Source of the DNA: Chiloscyllium plagiosum
Taxonomy: Eukaryota
Direction: 5' to 3'
Assembly (NCBI RefSeq): GCF_004010195.1
Contig: NC_057755.1
Span: 3,294,692 to 3,345,308, forward strand
DNA: 50,617 bases
Position numbers and translations under genes: made by a program. The notes beneath the pieces are model-generated. The model was not told the DNA's origin. It searched no databases and saw only the letters and a program-made list of their open reading frames with translations. Positions within the stretch are counted from its first letter, which is position 1; the number at the start of each line of letters is the position of its first letter. Below, one piece after another: positions 10,630-24,122 of this stretch.

Positions 10630-13600
10630 ACTCAGGGGATTGGCAGTTCCTAGAAGACTGTCTCTTCATCTCAGGAACCTTTTCCAGGGTTTGCTTACAG
10701 CAGCTCCTGTTGCTGTCTCCTCTCTCTGGGTATGGCCAGCCCTGGCCCGGATATACAGAGCTCAGTTGACACTGAGCTGGCTCAGTGTTATCAGAGAATT
10801 CCCCTGCATTGGTACAGTGCAAGGACCAGCTGATCCTTCCAGAGCACTTCATCCCTAGTCTTTACCAAATATGACTGTTGGAGCTATAGCTGGGATCCTT
10901 CTTTCCCCAGATGTATAGTTCTGGGCCAACATGGTCTCTCCTGTTTGGAACAGCCTTAACCTTGAGGTTCCCCCTCCTCTGGCCATCTGTACTGCTTGAT
11001 TTCACTCTACTACCTCGTTGGTCTCTTCCAGCTGCAGTAAGTCAAGTCTGGTTCTCAGCTGGCTGTTGAACATGAAGTATACCAGCAAGCACTAGGTTGT
11101 TCTGTGTGGTATGTTCCTGTAGCTGTGGAGGAATTTGTTTGAGACCATTCCCATGGATGAAGGGGTAATAACAGCAGTGCCTTTATTAATGCACAGAAAT
11201 TCCACTTTCTTCTCAATCTGGAAGTCCACATTTGGTTACCAAAAGTAGCTCCTAGCTATCTCCTTCATTCGCACTGTGCTGTGGTGCCCTTGGTGCATTT
11301 GTTCCAGCACCTTTCACCCTCCCCCATTAAACACCTGTCCAATATGGACATCTCCCACCTCCTGGACAAGTCATGGTGTAATTTTGGGCTGTTTCCACAG
11401 CTGGTCCACCCCTCTCAGCTCAAAACCAGGTCATTTCCAAGTAGGTTTCACACCTGATTCACTGAGACCAACACCTTATCACTATAGGAAAAGGTAATTA
11501 TTTCTAGGTTCCAGTCGGGAACATCTTCATTCCCTGGTACTGGCAGCCCTGACAGGGTATCTGCACCGTGATGCTCCTCCACCTGCCGGTGCCTGATTTC
11601 AGATGGAGTAGGCTGACAGAGCCAGTGGCCAACTATGCAGACGTGCTGCTGCCATTAACGGGATCCCTGTACATGGGCCATAAATAGAGGCTACATGTTG
11701 GTGGTTGGTCAGTGGCTCCAAGTACCTGCTGAAAAGGAAATGGGTAAACTTCTCAACACTGAACACAGTGCTCAATCATTCTTTCTCAACTTCAGCATAA
11801 TTCTCCCCTATCTAGACAATGACCTCGATGCAAACACAATGAGCCTTTCCTCTCCATTCAGCTAAGAGGTGGCACAGCGGTTAGCACTGCTGCCTCACAG
11901 CGCCAGAGACCCGGGTTCAATTACTGCCTCGGGTGACTGTCTGTGTGGAGTTTGCACATTCTCCCCGTGTCAGCGTGGGTTTTCTTTGGGTGCTCCGGTT
12001 TCCTCCCACAGTCCAAAGATGTGCTGGTCAGGTGATGGTCAGGTGAATTGGCCATGCTAAATTGCCCATAGTGTTAGGTGAAGGGGTAAATGTAGGGGAA
12101 TGGGTCTGAGTGGGTTGCTCTTCCGAGGTTTGGTGCGGACTTGTTGGGGCCGAAGGGCCTGTTTCCACACGGTAAGTAATCTAATCATCTAATCACAGTA
12201 CAGGACCAACCCCAGAAGGCGAGGTGTCACACGCGAACTGAAGTGGTAATTTTGGGTTGAAATATGTGAACACGTCTGACCTTTTTAAGGCTTGCTTCAC
12301 TTCTGAATAAGTCTCCTCACATTCCTGGGTCCAGTTCTATGACCACCCTTTTCCCAGCAACCGATACAGGTTTTAGCACAGTTGCCAGATCAGACATGAA
12401 CTTGCCATAATAATTGACAAGTCTCAAGCATGATCACAGTTGAGATCATTTATATGATCAAGGTGCCTTCATGACAGCTCCATCTTCCTGGGTGCCTTGT
12501 GTAGTCCCTCGCCATCGAGTACATGGCCCGAGTCTTTTATGAGAAAAAAACTAGCGTTTCTCCCTTTTCACTTGTAGGCCGTGTGCCTGCAATCTATTTA
12601 GAGTTCCGAAGTTTTTCAAAGCCAGTAATCCAAATATCACCCAGATAACACGACTCCTCCTAATGGAGAAGTCGCATGTATCATTATGCTCAGGGGTGGC
12701 TGAGACTCCATGACCTCCATTTGTAGGCAGGCATGCGACAGACCCAGTTTTGAAAATGCGTTTCCTCTGTCAGTCCACTGAATAAGTTTTCTGTGAGTGG
12801 AAGGGTATTAGGTCTGCATTCTGGGGTGGGGTTAACTGTGACCTTAAAATCATAACAAATCCTCACTGAGCCAGCATTTTTATTTTTGGAAGTGGCCCAT
12901 TCACTGATGGGTCCAATGCTCTCACATAGAAGTGGAACAGCTGGTCAATTTCCAGTTTAGGCAGATGGCATACTGTACCGGACCCACCTTCAGACTCCCA
13001 GGATGAGCCTCTGTTTCAGCTGTAATTTAATTTCAACTCCTTTTGCTTCCCACAAGATTCCTTTGAAGACATGTTGGCACTTGTCCAGGATCTTTTGCAA
13101 ACTGATGTTTGAATCACCCAGCCTACTAACTGCGCCACAATTCCATCTTAATTTACATAAAGTGGCCATACTGCAGGCTGTCCCTTAACTGTACTTCATC
13201 GGAGAAGCACATAGCTCCTGAGTGGCATCACTTCATCCGTGTATGTCCACAGTATAACCTTGGCAGGCTTCAATGATAGGGCCCTTACCTCATCCTCATT
13301 GACTCATTTGGGACACTGCTGCAGCCATATCCATTTCCATTTTTACTGTCTTCCCTTCTACTTTTGGGAAGAACCCAGACATGCTCAGTTTCACCCCGAA
13401 CCAACAGGATGTTTAACCGAAACTCTCCTGACTCTGGGCCTTCTTCTTCTCCCACATATCCAGGTGACTCCCAGTTTACTCCCTCACTGACGACGTGAAC
13501 CTTATGCCTTGTCCTCAGGATTGTTTCTTTCTGACTCCCCTTCCCTCATTTGGGTCGTACCCGGCACTTTCAGGCAGTATGACCCAGTCGCTAACACCTG

Positions 13601-14693
13601 CGGCACTGCACGCCCAGTCCAACATGTTGACTCCATGTGGCCATTCTTACCACATCGGCAGCATTCTAGGGTTGGTCCAGCACTCTGCCAAGTTTCCACT
13701 ACTTGGTACACTGAGTGTCATCAGCCGATTGGGTTGCTCCACTGAGCTGCCTTTAAATCCAGGTCACTCCTTTGTAATAGTTTCTGTCGGATGGCTTCAT
13801 GTCAGAGGCCACAAACCAAACGGTCCCACAAATCAACTTAGAAGAACTTTCCAAATTCACAACGTTCCACTAACCTCTAAACCAACCACAAGTTTGGTGA
13901 TGGATTCTCCTTTGTGCTGTACCTGTGTGTAAAAAACAGCAATGTCCTGCAATTATCAGTGGCTCGTGCGCGTAATAATTTCCGAAGATCTGGCATAGCT
14001 CTTGGAATGTCTTATCCGCAAGGTTCTCTCATTGTACCAGACTCTTTAGAATTGCAAACGTCTTGCTCCCAATAGTACTTAAAAACTGGTACCATGATGT
14101 TCTCAGCAACTATGCCTTTAATAACAAATTAAAGCGTTCTGGGTATGAAGTCCCATTTTCTGACCCTTCAAATGGTCCCATCTCCACAAACTGGTCCACC
14201 ATTTTGTTTTCATGCCACTCGGGTTTAGTAACTGTTTGCAGCCAGAGTCTCTGTACTGGATAATCTGGCATCAGCCGCTAGCTCACCGGCTGTGTTAGCA
14301 TATTGGTCCTCGCTGACTTCACTCACAGCTTGATGACTTCAGTAGTTCCTGGGTGTGTATTCTCTTCTTCAGCCGTTGGACCAACTGCTGCTGTCAGCCC
14401 CACCTCCTGAGTGAGCACTTCCTTTCCTGGCATCCACTGCGGCCCAGAGTCCTTTCGCTTCCCTCAACCGTACCTCTTTATGACTTTTCTGAAGTACAGA
14501 TTGACATCTCCTCCGGACACACGGTTCATGGGCCGAATTCCATTCTCACCACCAGTTGTAATATTGGTGCTTCCTTTGGAAGCAGGAAGATGAATGGTAA
14601 ATCTGAACAGGCCCACTTTATTGATGATGTTCACAGGTCCACAACTGGGTCACTATGTCCAGCTCTCAAACGGACAGCACCTCTAGCTACACA
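10630..14693 (-). mobile_element. Degenerate Gypsy/Ty3 LTR retrotransposon (gag-pol remnants, short 5' LTR ~14556-14693)
   Basis: Minus-strand remnants SEWAT, GSVRICYDFKVTVN, YLGDI (RT) and HQGH/ARSYFW (integrase Zn finger). TG..CA segment followed by PBS-like TGGTGGTGAG. Confidence 0.7.
11866..12195 (+). mobile_element. HE1-like V-SINE, full length, nested in Gypsy
   Basis: tRNA head, V-domain ctgtgtggagtttgcacattctccccgtgtc, CR1-like tail with aatct repeats. Confidence 0.9.
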
Positions 14694-15326
14694 CATAACA
14701 ATCACCTTACACTACTGTACCCTGGATTATTAACGCAGTAAAATAACCCTACACTACTGCACCCTGGATTATTAACGCAGTAACATAACCCTACACTACT
14801 GCACCCTGGATTAATAACCCAGTAATATAACCCTACACTACTGCACCCTGGATTATTAACCCAGTAAAATAACCCTACACTACTGCACCCTGGATTATTA
14901 ACGCAGTAACATAACCCTACACTACTGCACCCTGGATTATTAACCCAGTAATATAACACTACACTACTGCACCCTGGATTATTAACGCAGTAACATAACC
15001 CTACACTACTGCACCCTGGATTAATAACCCAGTAAAATAACCCTACACTACTGCACCCTGGATTATTAACGCAGTAAAATAACCCTACACTACTGCACCC
15101 TGGATTATTAACCCAGTAACATAACCCCACACTGCTGTACCCTGGGTTATTAACCCAGTAACATAACCCCAGACTGCTGTCTCCTGGGTTATTAACCCAG
15201 TAACATAACCCCAGACTGCTGTCCCCTGGGTTATTAACCCAGTAACATAACCCTACACTGCTGTCCCCTGGGTTATTAATCCAGTAACATAACCCCACAC
15301 TGCTGTACCCTGGATTATTAATCCAG

Positions 15327-16322
15327 TGTTGGAGAATTGTCCAATTATGAATAAAGCTTGTACCCAGACCTTAGGATCGATGTACACTGGTTTATTTCAC
15401 GATATTGTGGGAAGAGAAATTGACCGCATGCATACAGAATGGTCACTCAGCCTCTTCCCAGAAGCACAGGCGCAGAGTTTTCTTTTAGATTAGATTAGAT
15501 TCCCTACAGTGTGGAAACAGGCCCTTCGGCCCACAAGTCCACACCGACCTTCTAAAGAGTAACTCATCAAGACCCATTTCCCTCTGACTAATGCACCTAA
15601 CACAATGGGGCAATTTAGCATGGCAAATTCACCTGGCCTGCACATCTTTAGACTGGGGGAGGAAACCGGAGCACCCGGAGGAAACCCACGCAGATATGGG
15701 TAAAAAGTGCAAACTCCACACAGACAATTGCCCAAGGCAGGAATTGAACCTGGGACCCTGGTGCTTTGAGGCAGCAATGCTAATCACTGAGCCACCGTGC
15801 TGCCCCTGTATCTCCATTTTTAATCGGGCTACAAGAGACCAATGTTAATTGCAAGATGATACAGTTTTGATTACAGTTGACAGTTTGACATTATTGAAAC
15901 GGGCAAAACAATGGCGTGGGTCGGTCAGTTAAACAATGGCAACAGGATGTTAGCTAATCTAAAGCCACTGACAAAGTAATCGGGAGTATCCTGTCCACAA
16001 TAGTCCTATGGGGCTGTGGGCATCCATATTGAGTATCTTGGTGACATCTAGTCTGCCGGGGGCATAGTGTTGGCTGGATCTGGGGAGGCAGAGACTGTCT
16101 TCGGGGCTTCTGGAGGTGCAGTGTCATTATGAGTTAGGGAATCCCATTAGCAGGTTGTTTAGATAACATGGTCCTCCGATGAGCTAATGGCTCGTTTACT
16201 GTTAGTTTGTAGCTAATTTGAGGCATCAATGGCATTGTGGGTAGGCCCTCTTTTAGCTAGGGACACACATGGTTTCTGTAAGTAAGTGGTCTGTATGAAA
16301 AATGGTTTTCCCTTCTTCCACA
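15327..16322. mobile_element. Solo LTR (ERV- or Gypsy-like) inserted in the minisatellite
   Basis: Begins TGTTGGAG, ends TTCCACA, flanked by tccag/cccag near-TSD; the minisatellite resumes in register. Confidence 0.65.
15486..15805 (-). mobile_element. HE1-like V-SINE nested in the solo LTR
   Basis: Reverse complement of the 11866 and 18119 copies, with (ttaga)n tail. Confidence 0.9.
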
Positions 16323-16344
16323 CCCAGTAACATAACCCTACACG

Positions 16345-17895
16345 GTATTCACACAGGAAAAAGATAATGTTGTCGAGGAGAATATTGAGATATAAGCTAT
16401 TAGACTAGATTGAGGATCATGAGGAGGAAGTGTTAGCAATTCTGGAAAATGTGAAATAGATAAGTCCCATGGGCTGGATGGGATTTATTCAAGGGTTATG
16501 TCATCATTGTCTACAGGAATAGTGCCAGAAGACTGGAGGATAGCAAATGTTGTTCCCTTGTTTAAGAAGAGGCAGAAACACAACCCTGATGATTATAGAC
16601 CAGTCAGCCTTACTTTGGTTGTGGGTAAAGTGTTGAAAAGGATTATAACACATAGGATTTATGTTCCTTTAGAAAGGAATCATTTGAAAAAGGATAGTCA
16701 ACACAGTTTTTGTGAAGGGTAGGTCATGCCTCACAAACCTTGAGTTCTTTGAGAACCGGTGGATGAGGGTAAAATGGCTGAGGTGTAATAAATGGATTTC
16801 AGTAAAGTGTTTGATAAAGTTCCCCACAGTAGACTATTGTAGAAAATACAAAAGCAGGGGGTTGAGGGTGTTTTAGCGTTTTGGATCAGACAGTGGCTAG
16901 CTGAAAGAAGACAGAGGATGGTGGCTGATGGGAAATATCCATCCTGGAGCTCGGTTACTGGTGGTGCACCGCAAGGATCGGCTTTGGGGCAACTGCTGTT
17001 TGTCATTTTTGTAAATGACCTGAATGAGGGCATAGAAGGATGCGTTAGTAAATTTGTGGATGACACTAAGGAGCTGTGGACAGTGTGGGATGATGTTGCA
17101 CATTACAGAGGGTCATAGATAAGCTGCACTGCTGGACTGAGAGGTGGCAAATTGAGTTTAATGCAGAAAAGTGTGGGCTGATTCACTTCGGAAGGAGTAA
17201 CAGGAATACAGACTATTGGGCTAATGCTAAGATTGGTGGTAGTGTGAGTGAACAGAGAAATCTCTGTGTTCATGCACATATATCTCTGAAAGTTGCCACC
17301 CAGGTTGATAGGGTTGTTAAGAAGGCATACGGTGTTAGCTTTTATTGGTAGAGAGCTTGAGTTGCGGAGCCATGAGGTCATGCTGCAGCTGTACAAAACT
17401 CTGGTGTAACCACACTTGGGGTATTGTGTACAGTTCTGGTTGCCGCATTATAGGAAGGATGTGGAAGCACTGGAAAGGGAGCAGTAGAGATTTACCAGGA
17501 TGTTGCCTGGTATGGAGGTTTTATGAGGAAAGGCTGAGGGAGTGGAGGCTGTTTTCGCTACAGAAAAGGAGGTTGAGAGGTGACTTAATAGAAACATATA
17601 AGATGATCAGAGGATTGGATAGGATGGACAGTGAGAGGCTTTTTTCACGGATGGTGATGGTTAACATAAGGGGACATAGCTTTAAATTGAGAGGTGATAG
17701 ATAAAGGACAGAGGTAGGTTCTTAACTCAGTATTAAAGGTGTGGAACTTGTGGCATGCAATAGGAGTAGACTTACCAAGGGCATTTAATTGGTCAATGGA
17801 TGATGCTGGTATATGTCAGATGGGCTTCAGATTGGTTTCACAGGTCGGCGCAACATCGAGGGCCAAAGGGCCTGTACTGCACTGTAATGCTGTAC
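16345..17895 (+). mobile_element. CR1 LINE, 5'-truncated with internal deletions
   Basis: PEDWRIANVVPLFKK, YRPVSLT, GAPQGSALGQLLFVIFVNDL, KFVDDTK and RRLRGDLIETYK motifs, 3' UTR. Confidence 0.92.
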
Positions 17896-18118
17896 ACACG
17901 ATTATTAACATAACCATACATTGCTTATCCCAGATTATTAATCCAGTAACATAATCCTACACTGCTGTACCCTGGATTATTAACCCAGTAACACAACCCT
18001 ACAGTGCTGCACCCTGGATTATTAATCCAGTAACATAACCCTACAGTGCTGCACCCTGGATTATTAATCCAGTAACATAACCCTACAGTGCTGTACCCTG
18101 GATTATTAATCCAGTAAC

Positions 18119-18450
18119 AGGCAGCATGGTGGCTCAGTGATTAGCACTGCTGCCTCACAGCGCCAGAGACCCAGGTTCAATTCCCGCCTCAGGCGACTGA
18201 CTGTGTGGAGTTTGCACGTTCTCCCCGTGTCTGCGTGGGTTTCCTCCAGGTGCTCTGGTTTCCTCCCACAATTCAAAGATGTGCAGGTCAGGTGAATTGG
18301 CCATGCTAAATTGCCCGTAGTGTTAGGTGCGTTAGTCAGGGAATGGATCTGGGTGGGTTACGTTTTGGTGGGTCAGTGTGGACCCGTTGGGCCAAAGGGC
18401 CTGTTTCCACACTGTCGGGAATCTAATCTGTAGGGAATCTAATCTAATCC
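18119..18450 (+). mobile_element. HE1-like V-SINE, full length
   Basis: Box A/B head, V-domain, gggaatctaatct tail. Confidence 0.9.
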
Positions 18451-18961
18451 AACACAACCCTACAATACTGTACTCTGGGTTATTAACCAAGTAACAACTC
18501 TACACTGCCATACCTTGGATTATTAGTTCATTAACATAACCCTACTGTTACCCTGGATTATTAATCCTGTCAATAAACTAAGAAAGTTGTAATTTGAGAA
18601 TTGTTTCTTGTTTATGAATGCACATTCCTGCCCTAATCATGAAGTGCTAACTGTGCTTTGCAGAAGGCAGACTGACTCACATGCTTGTAGTATGCCACAC
18701 AAACTGGGATTGTGACAACTAAATCCCACACACTGAATCCGATAAGTACGCATGTTAACGTCCATGGTATTAACTGGGAAAAAAAAATCAAAGCTCAAGT
18801 CAGTACTAAATTCAACAGTGATATCATGTGAACAAGAGTTGTATGTTTCTGAAGAAATCATTTTGTAAACTGTGAATCAATTACACGGAGACTCGAGAGT
18901 CAAAGCTGACAGTTTTAAAACTCATTCCCAGACTTGAGATGAAAAATCTAGGCTGCTAATT

Positions 18962-19464
18962 CAGTGCAGCGCTGAGGGAGTGCCACACTGTCGGAGGGCC
19001 AGTACTGAGGGAGTGCTGCACTGTCGGAGGGTCAGTGCTGAGGGAGCGCCGCACTGTCGGAGGGTCAGTGCTGAGGGAACGCCTCACTGTCCGAGGGTCA
19101 GTGCTGAGGGAACGCCTCACTGTCGGAGGGTCAGTGCTGAGGGAGTGCCGCACTGTCGGAGTGTCAGTACTGAGGGAACGCCGCACTGTCTGAGTGTCAG
19201 TACTGAGGGAACGCCGCACTGTTGGAGGGTCAGTGCTGAGGGGGCGCCGCACTGTCGGAGGGTCCAGCGCTGAGGGAGCACCACACTGCCAGAAGGTGTT
19301 ATGACTGAGGGAACGCCGCACTGTCGGAGTGTCAGTACTGAGGGAACGCCGCACTGTCGGAGTGTCAGTACTGAGAGAACGCCGCACTGTTGGAGGGTCA
19401 GTGCTGAGGGGGCGCCGCACTGTCGGAGGGTCCAGCGCTGAGGGAGCACCACACTGCCAGAAGG
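18962..19464. repeat. 33-bp minisatellite (cagtgctgagggagcgccgcactgtcggagggt), left half
   Basis: About 15 units; continues after the LTR element at 26089. Confidence 0.93.
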
Positions 19465-20804
19465 TGTTATGAAGGTGTAGAGAGATACTATACCTTTTAA
19501 GAGAGTTGAAAGTTAGCAAGGACTTAGAGAGGCACACAGTCCTGGAAAATTTCCAATGTAACATATGGTCCAGCAGCTAGCTGTACCTGGGTTGCTCTGA
19601 GACAAAAACAAATTCAAATTTGGCCAAACAGTTTAAATTATGCCCCAAGATACTAAACTCCAATCAAGTTTGAATTTGGTATTTTTATAATATTAAAACC
19701 GATGAAATGATCCAATGCTTTGGGGTACAAATATTAAACAAATTGAACAGGTGGAGGAGAATTGCCAAGCCACTAACATATGCAGACAGCCCACAGAATA
19801 GCTCTCTTAAAAGGTAACTTTATCAATCAATAAATTGTGAAACAGAAACCCTGAGGTCAAAAGAAGATACAAAGAAGATTTGACAGTTGCTGGTTTTGAG
19901 ATTTGAACTTTTTGGTAAATCTTAATTGGGGGTTTTATCGCACCAATATTATAGAGGGAAAAGTAAAAGATAGGTTAGAGAAAGGAGTTGTAAATAGTTG
20001 TCAGTTAATTATTCTCTGTTAGACATTTAAAAGAGATTTGTTAAGTTTTAATTTAAATAGTGACCTTTGGGATAGTTCTTGGTCTCTCAAATTGTAACAG
20101 ATTACAGAACGGGTTAAATAATTTCTGTGTTGCTGGTTTAAATTAGCACGGGGATTTAATCTATGCTGTAACAATTTGGGGCTTTCATCTGAGATTTGAA
20201 CTTCGACAGGTTTGAATAGATTTGGGGATACGAAGATTTAAACACTCGCAGGGTTTCTAGTGTACTAGATGTTTAAATAAAACGTAGGTGAAACAATTTG
20301 CTTAATTTCGTGGTTGATTAAATTTAAGGTGACAGAAATGGCTCTTAAAATTGCTAAAGAAGTTCTGGGATTTGATGATCCTCAAATTTGTCAAGAAAGC
20401 TTAGAAGGAAAGAAAAAGGCCATACTTTTAGAATTAGCAAGTAAGTTAGATTTGGGTTTAACCAAGGACAAAAGTAAAGCTGAAATTGTCAGGGAGTTAC
20501 TCACTTAGGTGTGTCAGAGAAACAGACAAGTGCAGTAAAGGTAGATAAACTTAAAATGCAAGTGAGGAAAATGGAGTTAGAAGATAAACAGAGGGGGGGG
20601 GAGAGAGAGAGAGAGAGAGAGAGAGAAGGTTCTCTGCTGAGCAAAGAGAGAGAGAAGAAAGGGAGACAGAGAGAGAGAGAGAGAGAGAGAAAAGAAAGAG
20701 AGAAAGTCTTTAACCAAGCAAAAGAAAAGAGAGAACTTGAACCTGAGAAGTTGCGACTTAGTCAAAGTCAAGTTGACAGGATGGAGATTAAAAAGAGAAG
20801 GTAG

Positions 20805-21408
20805 TGTTATGGACTAGGCCAAACCATAACTTTGCAATTTGTTTCGGTAAGCGTACAGTGAATATTACCCAGAGTAAGTTAGCTAGGTTGACTGTCAGAT
20901 ATTAAAACAGGCAAAACTTTATTCACAAAATTACACAATGAAACACAAAGAACAGAATAACTAACGCCCACAGACCTCAGTCTATCCAAACTAGACTTAA
21001 TTATGCTGTTCCAAATATACACAGCAGTCCCAATAAGCAAACACCCTTAAAAACAGTAAAAATAGAACAAATGCTTACAGGTTGAAGTCAGAAGGGCAGA
21101 AGGAAAGAGTGAGTTTAGCAGCCTATTTCCACAGCTGAACTCCTAACTAGTTCTGGACTGAACTACTCAGCTATAGAGCTGTCCACTCCCCTTTCATTAT
21201 ACAGCTCACTTCTAAAACATGACCACGTTGGCCTGAAGTCTCATATTTTACATATTAGCAAAAGGCCTCTCAAAATCCTTTTTGATCTCTGTACCAAACT
21301 AGCCACCTCAGAGCCAGGAGAGTTTATGACCATTCTGAAAAAAATCAAGGGCAGAGTAACCTTGAGAACAGGAACAGCTTTTAGAAAAAGGAGACCATCT
21401 TTGTGACA
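20805..21408. mobile_element. Solo LTR of a different Gypsy family nested in gag
   Basis: TGTTAT...GTGACA with a perfect 4-bp TSD GTAG (20801-20804, 21409-21412). Confidence 0.88.
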
Positions 21409-22673
21409 GTAGCGATATATACAAATATGTCAAGACTCTGCCACATTTTGACGAGAAAGATGTTGAAGCCTTCTTTATTTCATTTGAAAAATTGGCTGGG
21501 CAGATGAAGTGGTTCAAGGATTTATGGGTAGTGCTAGTTCATACTAAACTAGTTCATACTAAATTTGCAACACTGTCAAATGAGGGGTCAAGAGATTATG
21601 AAGAGGCGATTTTGTGTGCTTATGAATTGGTACCAGAAGCATATAGACAGCGGTTCAGAAACACAAAGGAGGAACCAGGTCAGACTTCTGTTGAGTTCGA
21701 AAGAATGAAACATAGCCATTTTGATAGATGGGTACGTGCTTTTAAAAAATAGATAACACCTTTGAGGTTCTACAAGAGATTATTCTGCTGGAGGAGTTTA
21801 AAAACTCACTTCCAGAGATAGTAAGAATTCACGTGGAGGAACAGAAAGTTCAGGAAGTGAGCAGGTTAGCAGATTAATACATTTTGGTGCATAAGACAAG
21901 CTTCCAGCCAGAATTTTGTCCTGTGAGGGATAGAAGTTGAGAGAAAGGGAGATCCTATACTACTAAATCAAGAATAGACAGCTCCAGTTAAGAATTTACC
22001 ACAGCATTAAAAAAGAAGCCCAAGAGGGTGGAAAGGGGGTGAAAAGCCTCAGGTGTTTTCACTGTAATGGAGATGGACACAAAATGACAGTGCCGGTGAT
22101 TTCAGCAGCACACTGGGAAAAGGTGTTTTCACTGCCAGCAAGTGGAACACGTAAAGGCACAGCGCTGGTTGTTAAAGAAAGGCACTGTGGGAAACAATGT
22201 GGTAAACAAAGCTAAGCCAGTGGCATTAGTGAAGATAGTAACAGACACCACATGAAGAGCCGAGGAGCTGCACAGTCTAGGCAGGAGCTGGGTATGGAAT
22301 TAGTACCTGACCACTACAAAGAATTTGCCTCTGTGGGTAAAGTCTACTCAGAAAGAACAGGGGGAGAAGGAAAAGAAGTTAAAATTTTGAGAGTTACAGG
22401 ATCTAACCAGCCACTGTGTGCTAACTCAAGACTGGGCAAGTTACAGTGGGAGTGATTGACACAGTGTCAGTTCCAGGAATTCAGTTTGTTCTTGGGAATG
22501 ATTTGGCAGGATCCAAGGTGGGAGTGGTAGCCCTTGTTGTGGAGAAGCTCAAGGAAGACCAAGAAACTGAGGGGCTAAAATAGAAATATCCTATTTTCCC
22601 AGACCGTGTAGTAACCAGATCCCACTATCATAAGTCACAGCATGAAGCGAAAAATAATGACAAAGGTGAAGGA

Positions 22674-23024
22674 ATCACAGAATCCCTACAGTGTGGAAAC
22701 AGGCCCTTCGGCCCAAAACGTTCACACCCTCTGAAGAGTAACCCACCCAGACTCATTCCCCTACCGTATTACTTTACGTTTACCCCTAACTAATGTACCT
22801 AACCTACACATCCCTGAACACAATGGACAATTTAGCATGGCCAATTCACCTAACCTGCACATCTTTGGACCGTGGGAGGAAACTGGAACACCCAGAGGAA
22901 ACCCACGCAGACATGGGGAGAATGTTTCAATCTCCACACAGAGTTGCCTGAGACTGGAATTGAACCCAGGTTCCGAGCGCCATGAGGCAACAGTACTAAC
23001 CACTGGGCCATTGTTCTGCCCCAT
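22674..23024 (-). mobile_element. HE1-like V-SINE nested in pol
   Basis: Reverse-complement SINE head, V-domain and tail; aagga on both flanks. Confidence 0.88.
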
Positions 23025-23935
23025 AAGGAGTTGAGGTTCAGTTAGCAGACACACTGTTTGATGTAATGGTGCAGGAAAAACCTGAACAGGCAGAGGATCA
23101 GATAGAAGGGTTTAGTCCTGAAAGGTTAAGGGACTTGCAACGAGACAAGATGATAAAGATATATATAATATACACACGGACGCGTACTCCGAAAAGGAGG
23201 CAGAATATTCCAGAGGGCTATTAATTGAAAAATAAAATTCGAAGACAGAAATGGAGACCATGGCAGGTTAGTGCAGAGGAGAAATGAGCCAAAGTGCACC
23301 AGATTGCATTGCCGGTAGCATACAGACAGGAGGTATTGTGGGGTAGTACATGAACTACCTGTAGGTGGTCACCTAGGGGTACAAAAGACTCAGGCTAAGG
23401 TACAAAAACATTTTTATTGGTCTGTAATGCACAATGATGTGGTTAACTTTTGCTGTGTGTGTCATACATGCCAAATGGTAGGTAAACCACAGGCAGTAAT
23501 AAAACCAGCAGCTTTGTTGCCAATTCCCACATTTGAAGAACCTTTCACACAGGTTATAATTAATTGTGTAGGCCCCCTCCTGAGAACTAGGAGAGAGAAA
23601 GGACTGGAGAAACAGGTATTAGTTACTGCTCCACAGAATGAGGAATCAAATCCAGATGAGGTGGATTTTGATGAGCCTCAAAATAGATTAAAAAATGAAG
23701 TCCTCGAGGAGTGGGATAGGTTAGGAAACTATGTGCGTCATGAGCATAGATCGCAGTTGAAGTTGTTACTGCTTTATAAGGGCATATGTAAGAATCAGTT
23801 GGGGAGGACTAATACTATTGTACATGAAGTAGACATCGGCAATATTGCTCCGATAAAACAACACCTCTATCCTTTCAAAGCCAGACAGGTCCAGAAGGAA
23901 GTGGAGGCTATCATCGAGGACAAGGATATCATCGA

Positions 23936-24122
23936 GTCGAGAGTGTGGTGCTGGAAAAGCACAGCAGGTCAGCTTGCATTGGAGGAGTAGGAGAATCAAC
24001 ATTTCAGGCATAAGCCCTTCATCACATTCTCCTACTTCTCAGATGCTGCCTGATCGGCTGTGCTTTTCCTGCACCACACTCTCGACTCTGACCTCCAGCA
24101 TCTGCAGTCCTCACTTTTTCCC
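23936..24122. mobile_element. Penelope-like palindromic fragment nested in RT
   Basis: Inverted arms; flanking 15-bp duplication caagga(t/c)atcatcga. Confidence 0.8.

Larger units (their letters stand above)
14694..18570. repeat. 39-bp minisatellite (ccctacactactgcaccctggattattaacccagtaacataa), split by insertions
   Basis: About 16 units at 14704-15326; resumes at 16323, 17895-18118 and 18450-18570; one degenerate unit at ~10592-10630. Confidence 0.92.

Noticed and set aside
11866..11935. tRNA-like sequences with box A/B
   Set aside because: SINE heads followed by V-domain and LINE-like tail, not tRNA genes.
14702..15298. 198-aa repeat ORF and CRISPR-like periodicity
   Set aside because: 39-bp tandem repeat without unique spacers or cas genes, in eukaryotic DNA.
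18637..18861. Possible additional MS4A loop exon
   Set aside because: No convincing acceptor/donor pair or family motif; the flanking exons already join in phase.
18956..19564. Repetitive ORFs here and at 26071-26480
   Set aside because: Translations of the 33-bp minisatellite.
20590..20705. Glu/Arg-rich coiled-coil ORF
   Set aside because: (GA)n microsatellite inside the dead Gypsy gag, not a host gene.
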